Shown here: in pieces, positions 32,177 to 42,720 of the stretch | How positions within the stretch are numbered: position 1 is the stretch's first letter | Layout: each line of letters starts with the position of its first letter | Assembly: GCA_002424095.1 (NCBI GenBank) | Contig: DIPL01000013.1 | Location: forward strand, 15,765-66,328 | Origin: Christensenella sp. UBA5489 | Lineage (GTDB): Bacteria; Bacillota; Clostridia; Christensenellales; UBA1242 | DNA: 50,564 bases | Reading direction: 5' to 3' | Program-made: the position numbers and the translations under genes | The notes under the pieces: generated by a model | Databases searched by the model: none | The model's input: the letters and a program-made list of their open reading frames with translations, nothing else | What the model was told of the DNA's origin: nothing

Positions 32177-32923
32177 TTATTTGGAAATTTTGTCTTTATC
32201 AGCTTTTTCTACATCCGTTTTTTCTTTTTCGGTTGTATTTTTTACAGTTTCAGAAGGTTGGATTTTTTCCGACGCAGGATTTGGCTTATCATCGCTATTA
32301 TGAAGTTTGTTGTAATTTGTTACTGGCAATTCAAATATCATAAAATCGACTTTATTTTTTTCAAGTTCTTCTTTGATGGGGTTTTTAACTTTTCTTAAAT
32401 CCTTCGATGGCACAACCGAAATGATGATTTCCTTATTACTATCAATTGCAATACCCATAAAAGAAGTATAGTCTGCTCCCGTTCCACGTGCATCGAACAT
32501 TGTTGCTCCACACGAACAAGTTTTTCTTAAAATATCTGCAACTTTTTCGCTATAACCTGAATTTAATATAACGACCAATAATTTATGTTTTGGCTTTACA
32601 ACTTTCTGTTCAGTTTCGCCACTTTCAGACTTTTTTGTTTTCATTTTTTCTCCTCCTATTGAAAACATAATTCCGTTATTTGCCTTATTATAGTTTGTCA
32701 ATAAAAAATTTAATATTTCCAATCTTTCTTGTTCTTTACACGAAAGCCCTAAAATTTCATATCTATTGTTTGCGAATCCAATAAATTCTAAAAAATTTGA
32801 GTGTTGTGAAGAGCCTTTGCATTTTGGAATTATAAAACTATTTAGATTATATTTCTTAAATAATTCCCCTAGTTTTTCTGTAATTTGTTGAGTTGTTATT
32901 ATGATTTCAATTTGTTTCAACAT
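32177..32923 (-). CDS. tandem P-II-like (GlnB-like) domain protein
   Basis: two repeats (IIIT...IIPKCKGS and LLVVILNSG...GATMFDARGTG...KEIII); adjacent to DUF1538, a known pairing. Confidence 0.7.
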   Translation of the reverse strand: MLKQIEIIITTQQITEKLGELFKKYNLNSFIIPKCKGSSQHSNFLEFIGFANNRYEILGLSCKEQERLEILNFLLTNYNKANNGIMFSIGGEKMKTKKSESGETEQKVVKPKHKLLVVILNSGYSEKVADILRKTCSCGATMFDARGTGADYTSFMGIAIDSNKEIIISVVPSKDLRKVKNPIKEELEKNKVDFMIFELPVTNYNKLHNSDDKPNPASEKIQPSETVKNTTEKEKTDVEKADKDKISK

Positions 32924-33016
32924 TAATTAATTCCTTTTATTTTTATATTGATTTAATTAATCTTTAATATTTTTTAAATATTTGAGTTATTCTTTAATCA
33001 ACGATAAATATTTATT

Positions 33017-34531
33017 TTAATTATTTATATTTTGAATATTTTCATTAGCCCTTTCTCTTGCTTTTTCTTTTATTAAATTTATTATTGCCCGTTTATCTTT
33101 TTTATTTTTATTAATCATATATATTAATCCTAAAACTTGAACTGCGAGAATTGGAGCAGTTGCCACCAATCCAACAACGCCGAAAGCATATATGATTATA
33201 TCATAACCAAACGCATTGCATATACCAACACAAATTGGTAAAATAAATGCAACTGCCATAGTCCCTGCGGCAATTCCACCACCATCAAATGCAATTGATG
33301 AAAAAATTTTCGGAACTATGAAATTAAGTATAATGCAAATAGCATAAAATGGAAGAAGAAAATACCATAAACTAATTTGATAAAAAATACGTATAAATGC
33401 AAGGCTTACCGCAAAAGCGACCCCACACGCCAAAGTAACAAAAACTGTTGATTTTTTTAAAAACCCGGTTGTTACATCTTCAATTTGTTCGACAAGCACA
33501 ATTATTGCAGGCTCCGTGAAAACCAAAGCCCAACCTATAAAAAAGCCAAATATAATAACGAACCATTGACTACTTGATAATGCAAGTGAATTACCGATAA
33601 ATATTCCCATTGTCGAAAATCCATAATAAATTCCCGTTAAAAAACAAATTAATCCGATACCTACTATTAAAAACCCGATAAGAATTTTGACAACAGACTT
33701 TGTTGGAATTTTAAGAAGGAAAAACTGCATAACTAAAAAAGTTAAAATAAGAGGTGACAAAGCAAGAACTACATTGCATATTTGGTCTATTAAAACAGTA
33801 ATAAATGCAGCATTTTCGGGCGTGTATGAAACAATATTGTCTGTTGGTCCAAGGATTATTCCTAAACATAAAACCGCTATAATAGGACCTGTTGAAATAA
33901 TTGCCGCTGCACCGAAGTTGTCATCTTTTCCGCTACCGCTACGAATTGCACATATACCTATCATTAAAGAAAGAATAAACGGAACTGTTATAACGCCAGT
34001 TGATACGCCTCCTGAATCAAAGGCAAGACCGAAATAGGTTTCGGGGCAAAAAGTGGCCAAAACAAAAATTATGGCATAGAGAAAAAGTAAAATCCATTTT
34101 AGTTTTAAATTTTTTAAAATTCGAATGAATGCCAATACAATAAGTAGACCAGCGCCGATTCCGAATATTGAAATCAAGAGAAAAGAACTCATAAGCGGAT
34201 TAATATCTAAAAGTTCTCCTACCAAAACCTGAACATCTGGCTCTGCTATTGTTGTAACGAAACCAAAAATGAAACCAAAAAGTAAGACAATCCAAATGTT
34301 TTTAATGCGCATAATTGAATTGCCTATGGCACGACCAGCTTTTATAACACTTTCATCTATGGCGGTTAAAAAAACAGATTGCCCCAAGGCAAGAAGACCA
34401 GCACCAATAAAAAAGCGACCGAAAATTTCGCTGTTATATTCAATAACACCGAGCAATAGCAAGAGAAAGACAAGCATTAAAATTGCAAATACTGCAATCA
34501 GACTCTTTGAGAATTGTTTTATAAAGTTCAT
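33017..34531 (-). CDS. DUF1538 family membrane protein (two repeats)
   Basis: TIAEPDV, AFDSGGVSTGVITVPFI and second copy FTEPAI, AFDGGGIAAGTM; start uncertain (34531 or 34564). Confidence 0.88.
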   Translation of the reverse strand: MNFIKQFSKSLIAVFAILMLVFLLLLLGVIEYNSEIFGRFFIGAGLLALGQSVFLTAIDESVIKAGRAIGNSIMRIKNIWIVLLFGFIFGFVTTIAEPDVQVLVGELLDINPLMSSFLLISIFGIGAGLLIVLAFIRILKNLKLKWILLFLYAIIFVLATFCPETYFGLAFDSGGVSTGVITVPFILSLMIGICAIRSGSGKDDNFGAAAIISTGPIIAVLCLGIILGPTDNIVSYTPENAAFITVLIDQICNVVLALSPLILTFLVMQFFLLKIPTKSVVKILIGFLIVGIGLICFLTGIYYGFSTMGIFIGNSLALSSSQWFVIIFGFFIGWALVFTEPAIIVLVEQIEDVTTGFLKKSTVFVTLACGVAFAVSLAFIRIFYQISLWYFLLPFYAICIILNFIVPKIFSSIAFDGGGIAAGTMAVAFILPICVGICNAFGYDIIIYAFGVVGLVATAPILAVQVLGLIYMINKNKKDKRAIINLIKEKARERANENIQNINN

Positions 34532-34652
34532 TTTGTAGTAATTGTAACACTTTGAAATAAACAAATCAATTTTTTTGTATAAAAAACTTTGTTTATTGAA
34601 AACATAAACTCATATTGATTTGATGAATTTTTATTGATATTAAATTTTAATA

Positions 34653-36560
34653 TTAATTCGTTATTAAAACAACAGTGTCGGTTGTGTATGTTTTTGCACC
34701 GGCGGCGGGTAATTGAGCCACAATTTTTGAGCCATAGCCATCTATTTCATAGTCCATTTTTTTCTTTGCAAGTTCACTTACTGCTTTCGTTAAACTCATC
34801 GTTGTAAAGTCGGGCATAACAAATTGTTCCACGAGTTTATTTGTGTCCGGGTCATCAGGCTTGATATTGTAAAGTTCAAATAATCCTGAAAGAATTTCCT
34901 TTGCATAAGGAGATGCGACAATGCTTCCGTAATATGCGCCACTTCCAGGCTCATCAACCATAAAAAGCAAGACATATTCGGGAGCGCTTGCGGGATAAAT
35001 TCCAATAAAACTGCTTATATATTTACCTTGTGCAATTTTCCCTTCCGCATATTTTTGTGTCGTTCCTGTTTTTCCGCCGACTTCATAGCCAGGAACAAAA
35101 ATATATTTTCCTGTCTTGCTAACTGCGTTTTCCATAAATTGACAAACGGTTTGCGACACTTCTGCACTCACTGTTTTATTTCTTAAAATAGGATTGAATT
35201 CTTTAATAATTTGCCCTTCTTTATCAGTTATGCTTTTTACTAGATAAGGTTGATATAAATTTCCGCCGTTAATTGCTGCACAGGCCGCCGTTACGTGTTG
35301 CAACGGTGTAACTGCAATTGCTTGCCCAAAGCCCATTCTGGCAAGGTCGACAGTTTTAACCGAAGATTGTTTCATAAGAATTCCACTGCTTTCACCGCTT
35401 ATTTCAATACCGCTTTTTGCGCCATAGCCGAATTTGTAGGCATATTCATAAAAATTTTTAAGTCCGATTCGTTGAGCAAGCGATGTGAAAACACAGTTGC
35501 AAGAATTTGAAAAACCTTCTGCAAGAGTTTGTGAACCGTGTCCTATTGAACGCCAACATTTAATTCTTTCGCCGTTTACAATACAATAGCCAGGACAATA
35601 AAAGCCATCACTTTCGTGTGCTGCTTCTGTTTCCAAAGCGGTTGCAACTGTTACAATTTTAAAGGTTGAGCCCGGTTCATAGACGTCGACAACCATATTA
35701 TTTTTTACCGTTGACATAAGCAATGGAATATTATCACGTGGTACGTTGTTTAAATCAAAACTTGGCTTTGTCGACATTGCCAAAATTTCGCCACTGTTGG
35801 CACTCATAACAATACACGAAGCACTTTTTGCAGATTGTTCAAAAATTGCCCTTTCCAATGCTCGCTCGACAATAAGTTGTAAGTTGACATCAATTGTAAG
35901 ATTTACATCATAACCAGCAATTGCAGAAATATAATAGTCGAGCATATTTTCAAGACTTACACCAGTTAAATCACTTTGAACAAGACTGCTACCAGGCTTT
36001 CCGCATAGTTCATTATTGAAAAAATTTTCAATGCCCGCTTGCCCAATATTGTCGACGGTAACAAATCCAAGAACTTGCGTTAAAAGGTCGCCGTAAGGAT
36101 ATTCTCGCAAATTGTTTTCTGCAAGATAGACACCTTCTATATTTTTTTCAAATATTTTAAGTGTTGCTTTTTTATCCGCTTGCAGAGAAATTAAAACTTC
36201 CGAAACATGAGAATTTATAATTTTTTCATAGACGGATGAGAATTTCAAATTCAAAGTATTTGCCAAAAATTGTGCCGTTTGCGAAACATCATCAACTTCA
36301 CGAGAGCGAACATAAACACTATAAGAAGACTGCGAAGTCGCCAAGGTTGCGCCGTTGGTATCCAAAATTTTTCCACGTTCTGCAATGATAGGCAGGCTGC
36401 GAGTCCACTGGTCAGTTGCACGACTTTGAAGCCATCCGCCGTTTATGAGTTGCACAATTCCTAATCTCAAAAAAAGTGCAAAAAATATGACAAGCACAAG
36501 CACAAGCAGTGCAATTATTCTTTTTTGTAACGAGTATAAACTATGTGATTTACTTGACAA
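34653..36560 (-). CDS. class B penicillin-binding protein, SpoVD/FtsI-like, with PASTA domain
   Basis: N-terminal TM, RGKILDTNG, EPGSTFK (SxxK), SCN, KTGT, C-terminal PASTA-like segment. Confidence 0.9.
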   Translation of the reverse strand: MSSKSHSLYSLQKRIIALLVLVLVIFFALFLRLGIVQLINGGWLQSRATDQWTRSLPIIAERGKILDTNGATLATSQSSYSVYVRSREVDDVSQTAQFLANTLNLKFSSVYEKIINSHVSEVLISLQADKKATLKIFEKNIEGVYLAENNLREYPYGDLLTQVLGFVTVDNIGQAGIENFFNNELCGKPGSSLVQSDLTGVSLENMLDYYISAIAGYDVNLTIDVNLQLIVERALERAIFEQSAKSASCIVMSANSGEILAMSTKPSFDLNNVPRDNIPLLMSTVKNNMVVDVYEPGSTFKIVTVATALETEAAHESDGFYCPGYCIVNGERIKCWRSIGHGSQTLAEGFSNSCNCVFTSLAQRIGLKNFYEYAYKFGYGAKSGIEISGESSGILMKQSSVKTVDLARMGFGQAIAVTPLQHVTAACAAINGGNLYQPYLVKSITDKEGQIIKEFNPILRNKTVSAEVSQTVCQFMENAVSKTGKYIFVPGYEVGGKTGTTQKYAEGKIAQGKYISSFIGIYPASAPEYVLLFMVDEPGSGAYYGSIVASPYAKEILSGLFELYNIKPDDPDTNKLVEQFVMPDFTTMSLTKAVSELAKKKMDYEIDGYGSKIVAQLPAAGAKTYTTDTVVLITN

Positions 36561-36793
36561 TTTCTCTCACTTAAAATTTTTTGAAATAGGTTTATAAAAT
36601 AAAATTTAATGGTAATATATTTATATAACAAAAATTCAATTCGTATGAATATTATTTGAAAAAGTTATAATTTTTCTATTAATTCGTTTGTTTTTTTCTT
36701 TTGATTTAGATTGATAAAACCAAAACTTTGTGCTAAAATAATTGTTGCAATAAAATACGAGAATTAAAACTAAAATTAAGAACGGAGAAAATT

Positions 36794-37294
36794 TTGACAA
36801 AACGATTAGATTATATTTCTTGGGATGATTATTTTATGGGCGTTGCGTTGCTTTCGGCAAAACGTAGTAAAGACCCCTCATCGCAAATTGGCTGTTGTAT
36901 TGTTTCGCCTGATAATATTATTGTTTCTGTTGGCTATAACGGTTTTCCGTGGGGATGTAGTGATGACGAGTTTCCTTGGCAAAGAAATGGGAACAGTGCT
37001 TATGAAACAAAATATCCTTATGTCGTACATTCTGAACTTAATGCCATTTTAAATGCCAACGGCAGACCACTTAAAAATTGCCGAATGTATTGTTCGCTTT
37101 TTCCTTGCAACGAATGTGCAAAGGCAATTATTCAAAGTGGCATCAAAGAAATTTACTATTTAAGCGACAAATACCACGAAAGCGAATTATATGCTGCATC
37201 AAGAAAAATGTTGAAAGCGGCAAATGTCAAAGCAATACCTTTAAAAACATCTTTAAAAACTTTGACTTTAAGTTATGAAATTAAAGATGTTTAA
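36794..37294 (+). CDS. dCMP deaminase (ComEB family)
   Basis: [31 protein letters not shown]. Confidence 0.93.
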   Translation: MTKRLDYISWDDYFMGVALLSAKRSKDPSSQIGCCIVSPDNIIVSVGYNGFPWGCSDDEFPWQRNGNSAYETKYPYVVHSELNAILNANGRPLKNCRMYCSLFPCNECAKAIIQSGIKEIYYLSDKYHESELYAASRKMLKAANVKAIPLKTSLKTLTLSYEIKDV

Positions 37295-37442
37295 AATCCT
37301 ATAAAATTTAATTAAAGAATTTCAGTTAAAATAAAACACGTATTATATTTTAAAATATATAATTTATAAAATAATTTTAATTAAAAAAAATAAAAAACAT
37401 TGATATTTGGAATTTTCAAATCAAAAATCAAAGGGGAATTAA

Positions 37443-40121
37443 ATGGGACTTTTCACTTCCGCAAATACAGCAAATTTAAAAAAATTAAGAAAAATCGCAG
37501 ATAAAGTCGTTGCCAAAGAAAACGATTATGCTGCTATGACTGATGACGAACTTAAACAAATGACACCAAAACTTAAAGAGCGTCTTGCCGCAGGCGAGAG
37601 CCTTAATGATATATTACCTGATGCTTTTGCAGTAGTTCGAGAAGTTGCAGGTCGTGTGCTTAATATGAAACATTTCTATGTGCAGATTTTGGGTGGAATT
37701 GCCTTGCATCAAGGTCGCATTGCCGAAATGGGCACAGGTGAAGGAAAAACATTAGTTGCAACCCTTCCTTCCTATCTTAATGCGCTGGCAGGGAATGGCG
37801 TACACGTTGTAACAGTCAACGAATATTTGGCATATCGTGATAGCGAATGGATGGGAAAAATTCATAAATTTCTCGGACTTAAAGTCGGTTTTGTTTCGAC
37901 TTATATGGATGAAAGCAAAAAACGAGAAGCATATGCCGCAGACATTACCTATACCACAAATAATGCACTTGGTTTTGATTATCTTAGAGATAATATGGCT
38001 GTTCGTGCAGAAGACCGCTTTCAACGAAGTCATGCATTTGCCATTGTCGATGAAGTCGACAGTATTTTAATTGATGAGGCAAGGACACCGCTTATTCTCA
38101 GTGGACAAGGAACAAAATCCAGCGAAACATATTACACCGCTCAACGATTTGTTAAAACTTTAAAAGAAGTTGATGATTATACAATTCATCTTAAAGAAAA
38201 GAACGTTCACTTAACAGAAGAAGGGAGCCACAAGGCAGAAAAATATTTCAAAGTAGATAATCTTTCAGATATAAGTTGCATTGAAATAAATCATTATATT
38301 AAAAACGCATTGCATGCAAATTATATTATGAAGCGAGATGAGAACTATATTGTCAAAGATGGTGAAATTATTATTGTTGATGAATTCACTGGTCGTCTTA
38401 TGGTTGGAAGACGCTATTCCGAAGGATTACACCAAGCAGTCGAAGCCAAAGAAGGCGTGAAAATTAAAAGCGAAAATCAAGTTTTAGCGACAATAACTTT
38501 TCAAAACTATTTCCGTTTATATAAAAAACTCAGTGGTATGACAGGAACGGCAAAAACCGAAGAGGCTGAATTTAATGGCATTTATAAACTTGACGTTGTA
38601 ACAATTCCACCGAATAAACCGAATATCCGTGTTGATGAACCTGATATTATTTATACTACTATAAATGGAAAAAACAAGGCAATTGCTGATGAAGTTGAAG
38701 AAGTCCATAAAAATGGTAGGCCGATTTTGATTGGTACAATTACAATTGAAAAAAGTGAAGTTTTATCCGCAGAATTGCGTAAACGCAAAATTAAGCACGT
38801 TATTTTGAACGCAAAAAACCACGAACAAGAAAGTGAAATTGTTGCACAGGCAGGACGTAAAGGTGCAGTTACTATTGCAACGAATATGGCGGGACGTGGA
38901 ACGGATATTTTGTTAGGTGGCAATCCCGAATTTATGGCGATTAATCAAATGCGTACCGAAAATTTTACAGAAGAACAAATAAATTATGCAACATCTTTTA
39001 TAAGTAGCGATGATGAAGAACTTAAAGTGGCACGTGAGACGTTTAAAAAATATTTTCAAAAATATAGCGAAATAACCGAAAAAGAAAAAGATGATGTTTT
39101 GGCGGCGGGCGGACTGCATATTGTCGGCACTGAACGACACGAATCACGGCGAATTGACAACCAGCTTCGTGGACGTGCAGCACGACAGGGCGACCCTGGT
39201 TCATCAGTGTTTTTTATTTCCCTTCAAGATGACCTTATGCGCCGTTTTGCTGGCGAATGGCTTCAAAAAGTGGCGACTTTTTTTAAGGTTGATGAAGATA
39301 CGCCGTTGCAAATGAGAATGCTTAGCAAGCAAATTGAAAAAGCGCAAAAACGCATTGAAAATCAAAATTATGCGGCACGAAAAAATGTAATTCAATATGA
39401 TGATGTTATGAATAAGCAACGAGAAATCATCTATGAAGAACGTAACAAAGTGCTTGATGGAATTGATGTTCACGAACAAATTATGGCAATGTTTCCTGAC
39501 TATGTGAGCCGTTTAGTTACCGCAAATCTTGATGTAAATAAACCTTATTTTGAGTGGGATTTAGCACCGATTAATTCGGCATTGGAAGATAAACTTTTCC
39601 CTAAGGGCACAAATTTGGTGTCTCAGGAATTTGTCGACGATTGCGAAATCAATGATGTTATTGATAAAATCTTGAAAATAATTTATTTAAAATATGACAA
39701 AACGTTGGCGGAAGCAGAAACTTTAAATTTAGATTTTGCAAATTTTGAAAGACATATATTATTGTCAGTTATCGATAATTTGTGGATGACTCATATAGAC
39801 CAAATGAGTGTGTTAAAAAAAGAAATTGAACTGCGAGCATTCGGAAACCAGGACCCGATTGTTGCTTACAAAAACGAAGCATTTGAAATGTTTGACACAA
39901 TGATAGGGAATATTGGAGAGAATGTTTGTTCTTATACGTTAAATGTGCAAATAAGAGTTCAACGACCAATGAATCCTGTAAATACACCGATATACAAACC
40001 GATTCAGGTTGTCGAAAATGGACCAGCTGAACCGATGAAGTCAGAAAAAACGATTGGACGGAACTCTCCATGTCCGTGCAATAGTGGCAAAAAATATAAA
40101 GCCTGCTGTGGCAGAGTGTAA
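37443..40121 (+). CDS. secA: preprotein translocase subunit SecA
   Basis: EMGTGEGKT, VDEVDSILIDEARTPL, TNMAGRGTDI, SEC-C motif CPCNSGKKYKACC. Confidence 0.98.
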   Translation: MGLFTSANTANLKKLRKIADKVVAKENDYAAMTDDELKQMTPKLKERLAAGESLNDILPDAFAVVREVAGRVLNMKHFYVQILGGIALHQGRIAEMGTGEGKTLVATLPSYLNALAGNGVHVVTVNEYLAYRDSEWMGKIHKFLGLKVGFVSTYMDESKKREAYAADITYTTNNALGFDYLRDNMAVRAEDRFQRSHAFAIVDEVDSILIDEARTPLILSGQGTKSSETYYTAQRFVKTLKEVDDYTIHLKEKNVHLTEEGSHKAEKYFKVDNLSDISCIEINHYIKNALHANYIMKRDENYIVKDGEIIIVDEFTGRLMVGRRYSEGLHQAVEAKEGVKIKSENQVLATITFQNYFRLYKKLSGMTGTAKTEEAEFNGIYKLDVVTIPPNKPNIRVDEPDIIYTTINGKNKAIADEVEEVHKNGRPILIGTITIEKSEVLSAELRKRKIKHVILNAKNHEQESEIVAQAGRKGAVTIATNMAGRGTDILLGGNPEFMAINQMRTENFTEEQINYATSFISSDDEELKVARETFKKYFQKYSEITEKEKDDVLAAGGLHIVGTERHESRRIDNQLRGRAARQGDPGSSVFFISLQDDLMRRFAGEWLQKVATFFKVDEDTPLQMRMLSKQIEKAQKRIENQNYAARKNVIQYDDVMNKQREIIYEERNKVLDGIDVHEQIMAMFPDYVSRLVTANLDVNKPYFEWDLAPINSALEDKLFPKGTNLVSQEFVDDCEINDVIDKILKIIYLKYDKTLAEAETLNLDFANFERHILLSVIDNLWMTHIDQMSVLKKEIELRAFGNQDPIVAYKNEAFEMFDTMIGNIGENVCSYTLNVQIRVQRPMNPVNTPIYKPIQVVENGPAEPMKSEKTIGRNSPCPCNSGKKYKACCGRV

Positions 40122-40167
40122 TGTTTATATATGATTTAATTTTTTAAACAACATAACTAAAATATAA

Positions 40168-40197
40168 AAAAGCCATAATTTCTATGGCTTTTATTTT
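40168..40197. terminator. bidirectional intrinsic terminator
   Basis: AAAAGCCATA-ATTTC-TATGGCTTTT between convergent genes. Confidence 0.7.
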
Positions 40198-40221
40198 ATG
40201 ATTTAAGAAAATTTATTAAAA

Positions 40222-40800
40222 TTAAAATGTTGTTAAGGTTGCTTCATTGGAAAACTCTTTAACTTGTTTTAACGTGGCTATTGGTGCAGGCCAGTAATCT
40301 TGTAATCTTTCGTTTAGTTTCTTTTGAAAATCAACTAATTCATTTATTTCAATTTCATATCTTGTTTCGTCTTCAATATTTTTTTCAGATTCTATTTGCG
40401 ATGAATCTATTATCAAAAGTTTAACTTGTTTTTCAACTTCTTTTATTAAATCTCCATCTGATGCGGGAATGGCTCCTTTTACATCTGAAATATGTTCTTT
40501 TAAATAATTATGCAAATATTCAAATTTTCCAATTTCTTTTAGTATTGGATTATAATAATATTCCATATCAAGTCTCATATTCTCATATTCTTCATCAAGT
40601 GCCTTTTTTTCATCTTTTAGGGTTGTATCCAAAATTTCAGCATTATCTAAAAATTTAACAAGTTTTGGATTTTTATCGCTTATAACAAACAATCGAATAT
40701 TCGGCGAGTTTTTTAAGTTTAAAAACTGAACGTATACTCTGTTTAATGCGATTGGCATATCGTGAAACTGTTCCAACTGTGCTTTTCTTATTTGGTTCAT
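40222..40800 (-). CDS. hypothetical acidic helical protein (orphan)
   Basis: 192-aa ORF, AAGGGA RBS. Confidence 0.8.
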   Translation of the reverse strand: MNQIRKAQLEQFHDMPIALNRVYVQFLNLKNSPNIRLFVISDKNPKLVKFLDNAEILDTTLKDEKKALDEEYENMRLDMEYYYNPILKEIGKFEYLHNYLKEHISDVKGAIPASDGDLIKEVEKQVKLLIIDSSQIESEKNIEDETRYEIEINELVDFQKKLNERLQDYWPAPIATLKQVKEFSNEATLTTF

Positions 40801-40886
40801 AAAATAATCCCTTTTCTTTTTAATTATATTTATATTATATCATATAAAGATAAAAAGGTAAAGATTTAATTTTTATTTTGTCAATT

Positions 40887-40919
40887 AAAAAAATCAGTGG
40901 AGTTTTCTACCACTGATTT
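40887..40919 (-). terminator. intrinsic terminator
   Basis: AAATCAGTGG ... CCACTGATTT stem with U run on the minus strand. Confidence 0.7.
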
Positions 40920-40953
40920 AGAATTTTTATTCAAAATTAAATATTGAAATAAA

Positions 40954-41232
40954 TCATTTCTTTGCTAAATTAATTTGATTCCGAACGAGTGCATTTACGT
41001 CGATAGCGTTTATGGCATTTTTATAAAACAACACAATGAGTTCTCGAATTAACTCTTTATTATCATCAACTTCGACAAGTTTATCTTTAAGAACTTTTGC
41101 AATTTTGAATTTTGTGTTGTTGTTTATATCTACAATATAAACATATGTCTGTTGTTCAAAGTCAGCCTTACTGACCACCACATATTCATTTTTGTCGTCT
41201 AGTTTAATTACATCCTGAATTTCAATATTCAT
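40954..41232 (-). CDS. small hypothetical protein (weak DUF1292-like pattern)
   Basis: 92 aa, AAGGGA RBS; EYVVV..F....YVYIVD pattern. Confidence 0.7.
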   Translation of the reverse strand: MNIEIQDVIKLDDKNEYVVVSKADFEQQTYVYIVDINNNTKFKIAKVLKDKLVEVDDNKELIRELIVLFYKNAINAIDVNALVRNQINLAKK

Positions 41233-41283
41233 TATCTGTTAATTCCCTTTTCATTTTGTTTTTTTAATAACTTTTAGTTGCCA

Positions 41284-41622
41284 TTATCTTTCTAATCCTT
41301 TTTCGTACGATGCTCTTGTCGGTTTTTCTGCTGGTTTTTCGTATACTTTTAATATATTTTCTAAGGCATATTCATATCCCGATTTTTCTGCCATTTCTTT
41401 ATATAGTCCATAAAATTTTATTGCGGCATAGCCACTTCCTACTGCGGTAAGTGCTAAAACAGCAGATAATGCAGGGTGAGGTGCTACAATAGCGCCTGCG
41501 GTAGCACCTACGGCAATTAATGTGCTTAGACCTAACGATACTGCTTTTATATTTTTTTCTTGATTTCGTTCATTTTCCGCTTTTTTTAATTCTTCAATGT
41601 AATATTCTCTTTCTTTTTCCAT
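41284..41622 (-). CDS. small Ala/Gly-rich hairpin membrane protein, ends YEKGLER
   Basis: 112 aa, AAGGAGG RBS, central hydrophobic hairpin. Confidence 0.8.
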   Translation of the reverse strand: MEKEREYYIEELKKAENERNQEKNIKAVSLGLSTLIAVGATAGAIVAPHPALSAVLALTAVGSGYAAIKFYGLYKEMAEKSGYEYALENILKVYEKPAEKPTRASYEKGLER

Positions 41623-41893
41623 ATAACTTCCTCCTTGTTTTATTATAAATATAATTTAATTTTTGTCAAGACTGAAAAATCTTTTCAGAAACCTCTTATC
41701 AGATTGATTGATATATGTTTTATTGATTTTTCTATATTATTATGAAATGATTTTAGAATTTTAAACTTTTGAACAAGTCTGTCTTTTTTATATTATTTTT
41801 ATATTATTTCGAAATTAATTATTTAGTTTTAAAATCTTTCTCATATTATTCTCTTGTTTAAAAATTAGTTAAATTTTATAAAGACTTAATAAA

Positions 41894-42649
41894 TCAACTG
41901 TTAATAATTTCAGAAAATTCGTTATAGTTCAAACTTGCCCCGCCGATTAAAAATCCATTTATATTTTTTATCTTAGAAAGTGTTTTACAATTTTTAGATG
42001 AAATACTTCCACCGTATATGATTTTGGTACTTTCTGCAAGTTCTGAATTATATAAATCTTTAATTATTTTTCGAATTAAAGTTACGGCATCTTCAATAAT
42101 TTTATTTGATGCAACTTCGCCTGTGCCGATTGCCCAAACTGGCTCATATGCAATTATCAAATTTTCGAATTCGTTTTCATATAGACCGGCAAGTGTGGCT
42201 TTTAGTTGATTGTAAATTACAACATCAGTTAAGCCAGATTCACGCTCTTCTTTTTTTTCACCTATGCAAAGAACTGCTCTTAAATTATGTTTCATAAGTT
42301 TTTTAATTTTTTTATTTATCTCTTCATCAGTTTCTTTGAAAAATTTTCGTCGTTCACTGTGTCCAATAAGAACCATATCCGCATTGCAGTTTTTTATCAT
42401 TGTGGCACTTATCTCGCCCGTAAATGCACCACTTTCTTTAAAATGAACGTTTTGAGCCCCTATCAAAAGTTTTGTGTCTTTTAATAGTTCTTTTGTTTGC
42501 ATCAAGAAAGTATAAGGTACAAAAAATCCGACTTGATTATTTTTTATGTTAATATTTCTTAAAAAATTTTCAAAATAATTTTCAATATCATCAAGATTAA
42601 AATTCATTTTAAAGTTTGCTAGAAAAATTTTGCTCAAACTAACCTCCAA
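41894..42649 (-). CDS. tpiA: triosephosphate isomerase
   Basis: ANFKMN, GHSERR, AYEPVWAIGTG, YGGS, GGASL. Confidence 0.96.
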   Translation of the reverse strand: MEVSLSKIFLANFKMNFNLDDIENYFENFLRNINIKNNQVGFFVPYTFLMQTKELLKDTKLLIGAQNVHFKESGAFTGEISATMIKNCNADMVLIGHSERRKFFKETDEEINKKIKKLMKHNLRAVLCIGEKKEERESGLTDVVIYNQLKATLAGLYENEFENLIIAYEPVWAIGTGEVASNKIIEDAVTLIRKIIKDLYNSELAESTKIIYGGSISSKNCKTLSKIKNINGFLIGGASLNYNEFSEIINS

Positions 42650-42720
42650 TTTTTAAATGCAATTCTTTTATTGTGGCGTAAATTTTATTAATTATTATTG
42701 ACTTAATTTACAATTTTAAT

